DNA of 43,923 nt from Trichinella spiralis. Its lineage: Eukaryota. Numbering within the stretch: position 1 is the stretch's first letter; each line of letters begins with the position of its first letter. Below the pieces are notes generated by a model. That model was not told the origin of the DNA, ran no database searches, and saw nothing but the letters and a program-made list of their open reading frames with translations. The stretch spans positions 954,618 to 998,540 of the forward strand of contig NW_003526941.1 in the NCBI RefSeq assembly GCF_000181795.1. The letters run 5' to 3'. Position numbers and translations under genes: made by a program. Positions 1 to 11,800 of this stretch are shown piece by piece.

Positions 1-482
1 TCCGTGTACATGTACGTGACGACCACCGGACGGCGATCGACCACAACTCCACTGAATTGAGCCGACAAAATTCGACCAAAGTCATCCTGTCGACTGTTTA
101 CGCTGTGGAATATTTAAATTTGGTCCACGTGCATCCGATTCGGCAGCAGTATCTGTTCGCCGTGCCGACCATCAACTCGGTTTGCGTGTGCGATTGCGCC
201 GGCGGCGAGGATCACTGTCGTCCTGGTCACCAGTACAACAACTGCACTGCGGATACGTTGTGCGTGACCAGTTATCACGCCCATCAAAAGCCGGTCGGAT
301 GTCCGTCTGGTGCGGAGGCGGATCTGTGCTGTCAGATATCCGTGAAACCGTACCGAAATTGGATATTCAGAGCTTTGTACATTGGTCAGCCGACCACCGT
401 GGCCAAGTTCGCTTACAGACGATACTCGATCAACAACAACAATGATCAAACTTGGACCCTTGAAGTGGAACAACATTTGACG
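1..482 (+). CDS. aff-1: EFF-1/AFF-1 (FF) family cell-cell fusogen, 5'-truncated coding exon (Cys-rich ectodomain)
   Basis: The frame is open from position 3 (RVHVRDDH...). It contains the FF cysteine pattern CVCDCAGGEDHC...NNCT...LCVTSYHAHQKPVGC...LCCQISVKPYRNWIFRALYIGQPTT. The exon ends at a phase-0 donor ACG|GTAAGC (intron 483-577, 95 nt). AFF-1 versus EFF-1 is tentative. Confidence 0.88.
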
Positions 483-577
483 GTAAGCTGCCAAATGACA
501 AGTGTCTGACTCAGTCGTTCAATTTAGAAGTAAATTAACTAACTATATGCTAATTTAAAAAGAAAATTTTTTTTCAG

Positions 578-1696
578 GTGACCCTAAACGAGCAGTCTGA
601 TTTCAACATCGCCACCGACAGTTTGCATTTCAGTTTGAACGGCGGCTTGCCGCATTGGCAACTGAAAGAAGGAATGTACTTTCATCGTCAACTTCAAGCT
701 CCGCAACAAAATGCGAATGAAAAGCAACGAGCTAATGACGACGACGACGACAAGCTACACGTTGGCGTTCCCTTGAACGAACCTGACGAGTGGGATCCGA
801 ACAAATTGGGATGGCTGCGATTGGAAAATGGTCACTGGATAGCGCATCATGGTCATCTGCAATTGCCGACTTTGCAGCACGTACAAGTGGACGATTGTAA
901 ACGGCAAATTTACACGGTCGACTACAACGCCAGACACTCGGGCGGTGTTGGTCAGCCAAATTTTGGTACTTCTGTCCAAGAAAACGAACCTTGGATCCGA
1001 AGAGTACGTTCCCAATTGAACAGTGTAGAAATCGAGCACCGCCGTTCGCCGACAGTAGATGTGCAAGTTCAGATCAACGGAACACAGTTCGCGAACGTGT
1101 CCGTTTCGCACAGGGATTCGGTGCTTTCGGATTTTGAGGCTAGTATTGTTGTCGACTCAACCAACAATCGTTACTTGAATCTGACCCTGCACAACGCCCG
1201 CGGCATGTTGCTGGGCACCGTCTACACGGACGAAAGCAGCCAGACTGCCGAACTGGCGTTCAGCCTGCGAGCAACTGAGCAAAGTGACAATTCTGGCACC
1301 GTGCATACAGTTCGTCTCGCACTGCCCCCGGAGGTGAACGGAACTCGTCGGGTTTGCTTGGAGGTGAACCCCGAAACGAGCGTGTGCCGTACAGCGAACT
1401 ATGTCGTTCAACCGACGCTGAAACAGCCTGCTCTGGCGATGGCCAGCTGGGCCGTAAAACAAGGAGAATGTGAAAATTGCAACCAAATCACGCTGCAAAG
1501 TATCGGCAAATATCTGAATCCGTTGCAATGGTTCGACGGAATCGGAGACGTGTCCGAAATGATTGCCGTAGCCATCGAGTCACTGTTTTCCATATTGGTC
1601 ATTTTGGTGTTGCTTTGTCTCTGTCGCAGATTTGCTTGGCCAATACTGCGTCTGGCGATCCATCCAGTTGGCAAAAGCAAATCATCTGGCATCTGA
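578..1696 (+). CDS. aff-1: EFF-1/AFF-1 (FF) family fusogen, last exon (rest of ectodomain, TM helix, short cytoplasmic tail)
   Basis: Acceptor ttttttttcag|GTG at 577/578, in frame with the previous exon. FF motifs LKEGMYF, GVPLNE...PNKLGWLR, HVQVDDCKRQIY, LNLTLHNARG and juxtamembrane GECENC...YLNPLQWFDG. Hydrophobic TM MIAVAIESLFSILVILVLLCLC; stop TGA at 1694-1696. Confidence 0.9.
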   Translation: MTLNEQSDFNIATDSLHFSLNGGLPHWQLKEGMYFHRQLQAPQQNANEKQRANDDDDDKLHVGVPLNEPDEWDPNKLGWLRLENGHWIAHHGHLQLPTLQHVQVDDCKRQIYTVDYNARHSGGVGQPNFGTSVQENEPWIRRVRSQLNSVEIEHRRSPTVDVQVQINGTQFANVSVSHRDSVLSDFEASIVVDSTNNRYLNLTLHNARGMLLGTVYTDESSQTAELAFSLRATEQSDNSGTVHTVRLALPPEVNGTRRVCLEVNPETSVCRTANYVVQPTLKQPALAMASWAVKQGECENCNQITLQSIGKYLNPLQWFDGIGDVSEMIAVAIESLFSILVILVLLCLCRRFAWPILRLAIHPVGKSKSSGI

Positions 1697-2285
1697 TTTG
1701 AAAAAGCTTCAAACAACAGCCACACCCCCACACACCCTGCTTGTTGTATCCAGCACCACCAGTGTCCCGGCAAAGGGAAATCAGTGGGACTGACACCGTT
1801 GTTGCTTTGTGTGTTTTTTGTGCTTCGATTAGAAATTAATGGAAGTGACAAAAAAAAATTAAAATTCATCTGCTCATTCAATGAATCTATTCATTCCGAC
1901 TTGAAAAATCTGCATTTGAAAAATTCACTAAAAACCCTGTGCATTTTCATCACAAAGCTTCTTGTTCCGCTTCAGTAGAACAAATGAAAAGATGAAATTT
2001 TGTTCTTCTCCCTCCCTATCTGCAGAATGTCGATCTATTGTTGCCGAAATAATTCGAAAATTTGTGGAAAAACAAAATTTGAAAAATTAAAAAAATAGAA
2101 ATCAACCCTGTATGGAAAAAGGTTACGCTTTAAAAGGGGAACAATGAGAACAAATTTTCGACGAGCCAACTTTGATGAACATTTTCAAATACAATCAACA
2201 ACATCAGCAGCAGCAAAATGTGATTATCAGAAGAACAATGGCAAAGCCAACCAACGCCTATTCTATCGTTATTACACACTCACAT

Positions 2286-2316
<31 letters not shown>

Positions 2317-3452
2317 ACAGACATTGAAGATTTTGTGCAAGTGCGCGACTGAATCATCAACGTCACTGTAAATTTTCAGCACTGCTAAAGGAGCTCTTTT
2401 GATTGCTGATAGAGAGAAAAAAATTTAAATTAAAAAAAGCCGAAAAACACTACTTGAAGACGACAGACTAACCGTTACAGGAACTCTATCTCTCTGTATG
2501 TTCGGTTTCGATGAAGTTTTGCTAATATTACTATTAATAAATATTTACGTTTGAAATTTTATCCCAAATAACAGAATTCAATATTTCACTCACACAATAA
2601 TACAATAACAAAAAAATTACATCTACTTACTGAATTGGTTGGCTTGCTTGAAGTTGGAAAAGATTGATTTTGCATGTCCAAATGGAAGAGGAGAACAACA
2701 CTTTCGCTCTGTTGTACAGTATAAAATTACCATCGACGAACATTATGTTGTTTGTGTGTTTTTTCCTCTTTCTCTCAAATCATCTTTAAAATTCCGATAT
2801 TCTTTTTTGGTAAACAAGGAAAGCTCAATTTCTCATCAGCCGTTGTTGATCAGAAAAGCAAGCAAGTAGCCGGATAAATGAACTAAAAAAGAAAACAGGC
2901 AAAAATTAAAAAATTTACATACATACGGGAAAAAATGATCCATTTTTTGCACCATGCGTTTTATTATATATGTATATATTTTTCTATTCTTGCAACTAAA
3001 TACATGCAGATGAAGACAAATTTCAGTCGAACAACAAAACGAACTATTATTTCCAAATACCACATCACCTATGCACACAATCAATTCTCCTAGTCCAGCT
3101 TCCATTAAAAAATCAATTTCCGCGTCTGAATAAGTAAAAGTCGCCAGCCAGCAGCCAGCTAGCTGGAGTTCAGAGGAACAATTTCAATTTTCCACTCTGC
3201 ATTTTGCTGCACACGTTTGTCTAATAATAAATATACATACACTGCTTTTGTTAACATCGTTATATTCTGCTACGATGGGTCCTCCAACTTTACAAAGGCA
3301 TGCTTTTGAGCATAAATTGAAAAAGCACAAATTAAATAACAATAATAATAATAAAATAAAAATTTCCTTTTCTCTAATAGTCTAGCTTATGATTTAATTA
3401 ATCTTTTTGAATGGAAATAAAACTGCCTTAATTTCAAGTTCAAAAATATGCG

Positions 3453-3482
3453 TGTATGTATGTATGTATGTATGTATGTATG
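3453..3482. repeat. (TATG)n microsatellite
   Basis: About 7 perfect tetranucleotide units read directly. It is one of many SSRs in the 2-14 kb spacer (others: CCAG ~4100, GACA ~6380, AAC ~10940, AAT ~11347). Confidence 0.9.
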
Positions 3483-5675
3483 CGTCTTTTATGAGAATAA
3501 AAAAACAAATGCCTTTTGTTCAAATGAATATTACTTGTAATTGAATTGAAAGCGATTGTTTCAGCTGGTTTGTGTTTAAGAAAAGAAAAATAATACTAAA
3601 AATAACTAATCGCTCTATTTATTTTTGTCATTCATTACATTCCTTCGAAAATAAATAAATAAATAAATATATATGGTCAAGAGAAGTTGAGACGATTTTT
3701 ATAAATCAACATTGTTCACATGCATCGCCGTCCTCGTCGGCATGCTAAATGCTATGATGCATTGAAGAATAAATGATAATTCCATCGAACGCATGTTATA
3801 CACAACCTTTCCAGCCAACGAGAGAAAAAAAAGAGCAAGTGTCATTGAATAAATTACTAAAACGGAATTTTGAGCAAAAGCGTTTCTGCCAAAAGATGAC
3901 AAAATATCCATAATGGTTTAATGTCAGTCATAAAGGGAAAAAAGAAGAAGGGAAAAAACATGAGAGGAATTTTTTGTTCAATTCAGAAATACAGAAGAAA
4001 AAATAATAAAAAAACCATGAGACGACGATAATTTCGACAAGAAATGCAGAGCAAACAAACAGTGCGTGTCTGTGCAGACCAGGCACGACGAGCAAGCTAA
4101 CCAGCCAGCCAGCCAGCCAGCCAGCTGCTAGTCAGCTAGCTGTTCAGTTATCGATCATCATCATCAATCCAAAGCAGACGCAGTGAAGAAATAAATGTTG
4201 CAACGCTTTTTCGTCGTCTGCTGTGAAAAAGAAGCCGCTGACGTTGCTCACATTTTATAAACGCATATCACATACACAATCAACTGCACCAGAATGGAGA
4301 AACAAAATTGTTTTAAAATTAAAAAAAAAGGCATACATTTTTCTCACTTGTCTAATATGAATATGGTCTAATTTTCAATTTTGCTCGTCACTGTCCGATG
4401 TTCGACTACAACAATATCAATAAGATGCGGAAAAAATTCACCACTTGATCACGAGAATAAAAATGAATGAAATACCAAATATCAAGGAGGAATACCGTAT
4501 CAAGGTGATTGGAAAATGTTTCTTTTTTGTTTTTTTGTTCGTCAGTTCATTTTTGTGATCACTTTTAATTAATCAAAGTGAAAAATCACTCTTCTCTCAG
4601 CACACCATCACCAAATGAGCAGCAGCTTTGAAAAGCACGTGAAAAGAATATTTATATATTTTTTATTTGCTACCTGCCTCCTGCCTGTGCTCTTTCTCCC
4701 CCTCTCTCTCGCTTCCTCTCCTATTCACCAGCAGCTCAGCTACTACCACTACTACTACTACTCTTTCTCCTCCTCCTCCTCCTCTTTGCTGCTTCAGCTT
4801 TTCAAAAACGTCTTGCTTCAATGGTGATGCATCTTTTCAAACACATTTCCCATCTTATTTACCAAAAGCATGTGATTATATATTTTTATTCTGTTTTTCA
4901 ATTTACACTACTCTCTTCTGTGCGCGTGTCAGTGCAAATCTTAATCTATTGCATCATGTTATGATGAAATTGATTTCAGAAAAATGTGAAAATATTTTCT
5001 CTAACCGGCCAGGCCACTTTTGAAAACCGATTCAACTCAGCCAGCTTTATTATAACCAAGCCATGAAGATTAATTGGCTCAGAATAAATAATTTGACCAA
5101 CAATCTCCCACCTTGTTGTTGGAATAACAATCCATCTTCACTAGTATGGCAGAGAGCAGAAAGAGAAAGAGAGGATGCATGAACGTCGCCGGTCCATCTG
5201 GAAAAAGCAGGTCATTCACGGGACACGGTCCAGTCACGGTTACGCTCCGAATGTTACAATACAGCCCACATAGCATAAGCAAACTGTAAACAACGTGCAG
5301 CTGAGAAAAATGAAAAACACCACTGCTATCAATTTTGAATGAACATGTAAAGAAAATTATCAGAAATACAAACACGCGTAGATAGATAGATGCACACGCC
5401 CACACACGTATGGAGATATACATCTCTACACTTATAAATAGAGAAAAAAGAAAAAAATTGTATAGCTATATATATATTATATACATATGCACAGATATCC
5501 ATCCACCCACCCATTCGAAAAGATTTCAGCAACACAACAGAGAGATTTCATCGAGAATAGACAGACAGATATATCCTATCGAAAAGAAAGAAAGATAGAT
5601 AGATAGAAAAATAAATAACAATTCAGCAAACAATATTGTTGGCCATCCTGTGAACACCTATTAGACCTTTTTCAG

Positions 5676-5756
5676 CCAATCACAGAGCGCGAAACGTTGC
5701 AGCATCAAATTCGACTACTTTGCAAATTTGAACCAATCAAACGAATCGCCCGCGCC
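5676..5756 (+). promoter_or_regulatory. Putative promoter: two CCAAT boxes, E2F-type site, CHR-like element
   Basis: AGCCAATCA (CCAAT 5676-5680), GCGCGAAA (5687-5694, reverse complement of the E2F consensus TTTCGCGC), TTTGAA (5727-5732) abutting CCAAT (5733-5737), and CCCGCGCC (5749-5756). These sit in a GC-rich island within AT-rich DNA. Motif evidence only. Confidence 0.35.
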
Positions 5757-5900
5757 ACAATTCTTGCGACGGTCGCGATTCGTTCAAGTCTCCATCAAAA
5801 AAGTCCCAACCGTCAACAAAGACGGCGGTGCACACAAACGACGAAGCTGGCGTCAACACGTCGTCCACATTCTTGACTTCGTCTTGGACTTGATTTTCAG

Positions 5901-5948
5901 AACCTACATCCAATGCTGGAACGACCTCGCAACTAATGCTAAGCTAAG
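5901..5948 (+). other. Candidate 48-nt (5' UTR) microexon
   Basis: Bounded by a consensus nematode acceptor TTTTCAG| (ends 5900) and a consensus donor AG|GTAAGT (5949). It is not linked to a gene by direct evidence. Confidence 0.4.
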
Positions 5949-8858
5949 GTAAGTTTTTTTTCTTTAATTTATATCTTTAATTTGAAAAAGAAAATTTATT
6001 CACACATTCACACACCCATATATATATATATATTTGTAATGGCCGACTATTCTCCTCAGCCTGATATCAAATCAAGAACTATTGAAAAAGAACAAGAAAA
6101 GAATTCACGATTAATTAATTTGATTAATTAAAATTACGAAACATTGAGAACAATTGTTGTACAAGTGTAGAAAAATACCTTCACTGTATTTTTAATGTAA
6201 GCTTATATTAATCTTTTTCAAATAATTCCATCTGTTGAGATTTGACAATAAATTCGACCCGTATGCATAGTAGATGCAAAATTTTCACGACAGTTCGTCG
6301 AGTTGGAACGAAATCAACATATTTCAGAAATGACAGTCACCAAGGCAAGGCATGTGTAGACAGATAAATAGGCAGACAACAGACAGACAGACAGACAGAC
6401 AGACGGGCAGGCTAGTTCCACCACTGATTTCCACGATGACCCAATTAGACAAGCTTCGTATACTGGGGGCTCAAATTAGTAAGCTTGCCAAATGAAATAT
6501 ATAACATAGTAATAATAACAACAAATTATTCATTCTTGCGTGACTTTCTCTCTCTCTCTCTTTCCTCCCAACTTCCTTTCACATAATAATTCTATTCTTA
6601 TACATATATATCACACTTGATCTTCGTTTCACATCGTGCATTTTTACAGAGCCATAATCATTTATATTAAGATAAATATAAAATAGGTTAATGAAAAAGC
6701 ATTGCCGCAAGTTGTCATTCTTTTGTCAGCTGTTGGTTGGTTTGATGCATATTTTTATTAATAAGTAATTGCTTTTACGAAACATCATTTGGTGAAAATG
6801 TTGATTTCGCAATTTCGTCAAGGGGAGCAGCGACCGACCGACGGTCAGTCAGACGGATAGATGGTGATGATGGACGGACGGATGGATATCATTTGTAAGC
6901 TGACTTCACGAAATTTTCCAACCGTTTCTAGCCTCCTTGAGACTTTGAGCAGCTAGACAAAAAACAACAACAACCGCCAAAATGTGAAGAATTTTTCGTC
7001 GTCGAAAAATGTGGAGAAAATTGTTTGAAGAAATTGAAAAAGCAACTCGTTCGTTCGTCTATCGACGACCTTCGGCTACAAGAAGCCCGGAGGGGAAAAT
7101 TGGAAAGAGAGAGAGAGAGAAAAAAAATTTCTTTTTTCCTTTCAGACATGCACAACTTTGTCCAAATGCAAAGTGAACGACAAATAGCAGACGAAAGAAA
7201 AAACAAACAAACAAGCAAATGCAACAACCGACGGTGAACTTTAACAACATCTTGTCCATAAATAGATTTTTTTTATCATGATAAAGCTTTGAAACGGACG
7301 AGATGAAAATCGCATTCTTATTCTGTCTTCATTCCCCCCTCCTCCCCTCATCAATTGAAGAATATGAAATAACATGCAAATTTCTAATACAAATACATAC
7401 TGCTCCCCTCCTACCCCTCTTATTTCTTCCTACTTAGCTGTACATTGAAAATTGCTTTTCGTTGCATTTTTTGCTCTTTTTCAAAAACATGTTGATTCAT
7501 TGTTCAAAAATCAATCCTGATGACCAAGAAAAAAAAAGATAAATGATACAAACTACCCGCCAGTGACAAGCACAGCAATTATTTCCTGCTTTCAATTGTA
7601 AACTTGACTAACAGCCAACTGACTCTCCGTACAGTCATCATTAATGCAGATGTGCACAACTGACTGTACAAATGGTCGTCGTTCGTGAATGATTCAGAGA
7701 AGGTGAAAAAGGAAAAAAATTCCATTCCAAAAAGCCAGTAAACAAAAACGGCCGGTGTTGTTGACTTTTATAATAGTACAACAGTTTTGAAATGTCAGAT
7801 GCTGAAAAGCAGATAAGCAGCAGATGACGTGTACGTTTTCACTGTTCTCTATATCAGAAAATTTAAACCAATAAAAAGAAAATGGGGGGGGGGGGAGAGA
7901 GATTGAAAAAAAAAGGGATTTTCACAATTGATTTCGTGCAATGAAAATGGCTGAAAAGCAGTTGAAATGTAATTTATTTTTTCCTTATTATAGCGGTAGT
8001 CTTTGATTTCAGCTTTTTCAATTATGCTCATCACAACAACACCAACAACAACAACAATAAAGAACAGTGAGAAGAGAAGATGAAAAGAAAATTGGTTTGA
8101 ATACTTCAACTTTGCAATTTTACCTACCTAACCTACCTACCTACACACACACACACACATTCAGCCCACGTTCCCCACAACACGTATCTCTCTTCCAAGC
8201 AAGCAACATGCTGACAATTCTTCTTCCAATTCCCCCGAGGCTTAAAATTTTATATCACTTCTCAAGCGTCGTTCTACTTTGCAGAAAATAGCAGAGGAAT
8301 AAGTAGCAAGACGAAAAAAACGAAAACGAAGAAAAAATTTCCCTACAAAACTACACGCAATTTCAACTGTACGGTAAGTGATACACACAATCTTTTTACA
8401 TTTATTGGCTTTCTTTTCAAACAACACATTGAACATAAAAATCCTAACCAGGTCAAGCAAACGTCACGTTCAGAAGATGGAAAATATATATTGTATAAAT
8501 AGAGATAAATGCAGAAACTGAATTTTTCATCCAATCTGTTAGGCATAAAAAAGTTTAATTTTTTTTGTTTCTAAATCAATTGCCAACGTTGAACATCATC
8601 GCGCAGATAGAGATGATGGTTCGTTTGGGATTTTTCCAATTCAATTTTGAAGATATTCCAAAATTCAAGTCATTCGATATGGTTAAATTTTCTGATCGAT
8701 AAAATAATATCAAAAAATTATAATAATTTATTCATTTCCACCACTTTAGTTTAGTTGGAAGACAGTCTTGTTACCTGCTTTTCATTAGATCAGATCAGAT
8801 TATACGGTATGTACGTGTGGGTTATTGTAGGTGGAAATTGTTTCGAAATTTTGTTCCA

Positions 8859-8889
<31 letters not shown>
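8859..8889. repeat. (ATTG)n microsatellite
   Basis: About 7-8 tandem ATTG units read directly. Confidence 0.9.
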
Positions 8890-11800
8890 TGAAAGTAAGA
8901 TAAGGGAATTGTGAAATGTTGTCGTAGAAAAACAAAAACCAAACCAAACCAAACCAAACTAAACAGATCTTAGAATGTGAAAATTTTTTCAACTTATCTA
9001 AAAGCACCACAAACCAAGGACGCGTCAAACACTTGTGTTGTTGTCCTGGATGAATTTATTAGATCAGCTTTACGCAATAATAGTGGAGATGAGAGAAAAA
9101 TGAAATTATCATTATTGTTCACCGTTCTAGCCGGTGTTTCGAGTGCTGTTGTCGCGCATATTCAAAAATTACAGTACCTGAGTGCGGCGACCGCAAATAA
9201 TGCTCCAGCAGCTAGCTTCATGGCCTGCTTTTGTTTTTCGATGACGTGTCACATTCACCACTTCTATTTGCTGTGGTGTGTAGAATAGATAGTCGAAATA
9301 GTCGTTGGAAAGAAAACACACGAATGGTAAATTTAAGGAAAATGAACATTTATCTGTCGGTCTGTCTGTTATCGACCAGTGTACAGTAAGCTAGATATTA
9401 ATTGACCGTTCTATATATATATTTTTTTCTCTCTCTCTCTCTCATTATCAGAATATCATCATTTTCACTGTCTCTCAATCTCTCTCACTCTCTCTGCTTG
9501 ACTGACCCTGGTTGGATTGTTCTGTCATCCAGGCTATTTATTTCCAGTTTCTACTATCTGCTGCATGCTATCTCTATCTGCTACTGTACTACTAGTAGTA
9601 ATGATCGCAGTTTCACCACCAGTTACCAGTTTCAACTTGCGTGCACAAAATTTCTGAACTGCACATGAAATGTGATAATTTTTCCCAAATCAAATGATGC
9701 AATCTATCTTGCAAAGAACAAAAAAAGAGGATAATTTTAAAATTCTGACGCAGAGAATGCAATAGGACGCGTTTGCACAGTTGCAAAAATATTCTCTAAC
9801 CAGCTAACTCTATATACTACACTACTAAACAAGGGAAAATGGAAAAAGAAAATATTTAAAGATTTTATCTCGTTGGCATTTGTACGCGTGTGACGTGGTT
9901 GTTGTTGTTGTTCACCAACGCCGGTTTTTAAGCCAACTAGCAAATTTCCAACTCATACAACAAAAATGATGATAAGAACGTTCGTCAAATCGTCATTGTG
10001 GGGGTTGTTTTTGAATTTGTAAATTATGCAAATATCGAATCGAATTTCCCCATTCAACAGTGTAAAAGTTTCAAATTCCACCACTGCGGCACGAGTTGAG
10101 TTGAAAAGCATCGCATGCCTTGCACGGACGCGTACAATAATGACGAATATTTCAGAAAAAGAAACAAAACAAATTTAAAAGTTTACCCCTCCTATTCCAA
10201 TCTGCTTGCAGTGATGATCTTTCCTCCACAATGTGTAAAAAAATATGCGATGAGATAATACATGTGTGGCAAAAACAAATATTGCCAATATGCGTGCACA
10301 TGTAATAAATAAAAAGCAATGGAAGAAAAAGCATGCGCTTGCTGATTGATTATATATACATATATATATATTGTGTTCAATCATCGAATGACGATGACAA
10401 GTTGTTGTTCTATTACTGGGGTAGAAATCAAGCCAAACTTAGCCGTTTTACAAACTACATCAAAATTGGACAATTAAGTCAGTTGTTATAGTAAAAATAC
10501 AAACATAACAAAATGGGCTTTTTGTTGACTGAATCAAATGACGTCAATTAATATCATTCGATTGTCAAAATTAACTAATAAATTGTGAAAAAAAATATGT
10601 AAAAAAATAAGCTTAAAAAATTAATCTGAGCTCCATTTATTATTAATAATTATTTTTAAATATTGGTCTAACTATTAAATAAACGATGGTGGATTTTATT
10701 GTTGTAAACGGGAAAAGTGGAATGGATACTGTTGAGAAGAATTAATTGAAATATCGCTGCTTTCCACCTGAAAATGACGAACAAGCAAATATTGTGCGCA
10801 AAATGACGCTATACGCTGTACTAGAAGACTTGATTGTCAAAATCACTGACTGACTCACGCAGGCAGGCAAGCAAGCACGCGCGCACGTACAGTCAGCACG
10901 GTTCAACATTAGCTAATTTATGCACAGTTATGATGAAGAAAACAACAACAACAACAACAACAACAACAATATGCACAGAATCTATAATTTCCATCGCACA
11001 GAGAGAGATATGGATGCCAATAATTTGATAATATGAAATTTCAAAAAAAATGGACCTTTCTCTGCAAATGGTAATTTATATTTGTTTATTTATTTATTTG
11101 TTGAAATGTGAAAAATAAAAAAAATCAACAACAACAAACAACATTATTTTTCCACATTTGCCAATAGACAACAATTAGCATATTATGATGATGACCTTAT
11201 TCTTCCCTTCTTTGTACTGAAAGTAATATTTTTCATTGCACACTGTTTGATTCGATTCTATGAGATTGTTTGATTGAAAAATAATTGACCGCGGTGTTGA
11301 TTTTGCATTTTTAGTTATTAGAAAAAAAAATTTTCTCTACAACTGAATAATAATAATAATAATAATAAACGAGCGCGCTACTACTTGTCAGCATTAAACT
11401 GAAGAATGCAGTCTACACTCGTGTGGTATTCGCCACTCCAACAGTCTGGGGTGGAAAAATAAATACAACCCAGAGAAAGAGAGAGAATAAGCTAAATCAA
11501 ATACACACTAGACAGTAGTAGCAGCAACCAGTCGGCCGAGTTAAGTAGCTTGAAACAGTTAATCATCAAATGAGCATTTAATAATAATATTTCAAGCTCG
11601 ATCAACCTGTCGCACAAATTTATTACACCACCCACCCAGCCAGCCAGCCAGCCAGCGTCTCTGTCGCATACATATAATAATAATAGTTGAAGGGACAAAA
11701 AAAATTTAATAATAAAAAGCTTAAACCGATGAATAATTAATTCAAGGTGGAATTTGTCAATCCGGTTTTCACGTCAACCGGTGCTGCTTTATACTTTTTT

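Noticed and set aside
5079..5423. 114-aa minus ORF with an acceptor-like tttttctcag near 5301
   Set aside because: No recognisable domain and partly low-complexity. It could only be a further exon of the speculative minus-strand gene, for which I have no support.
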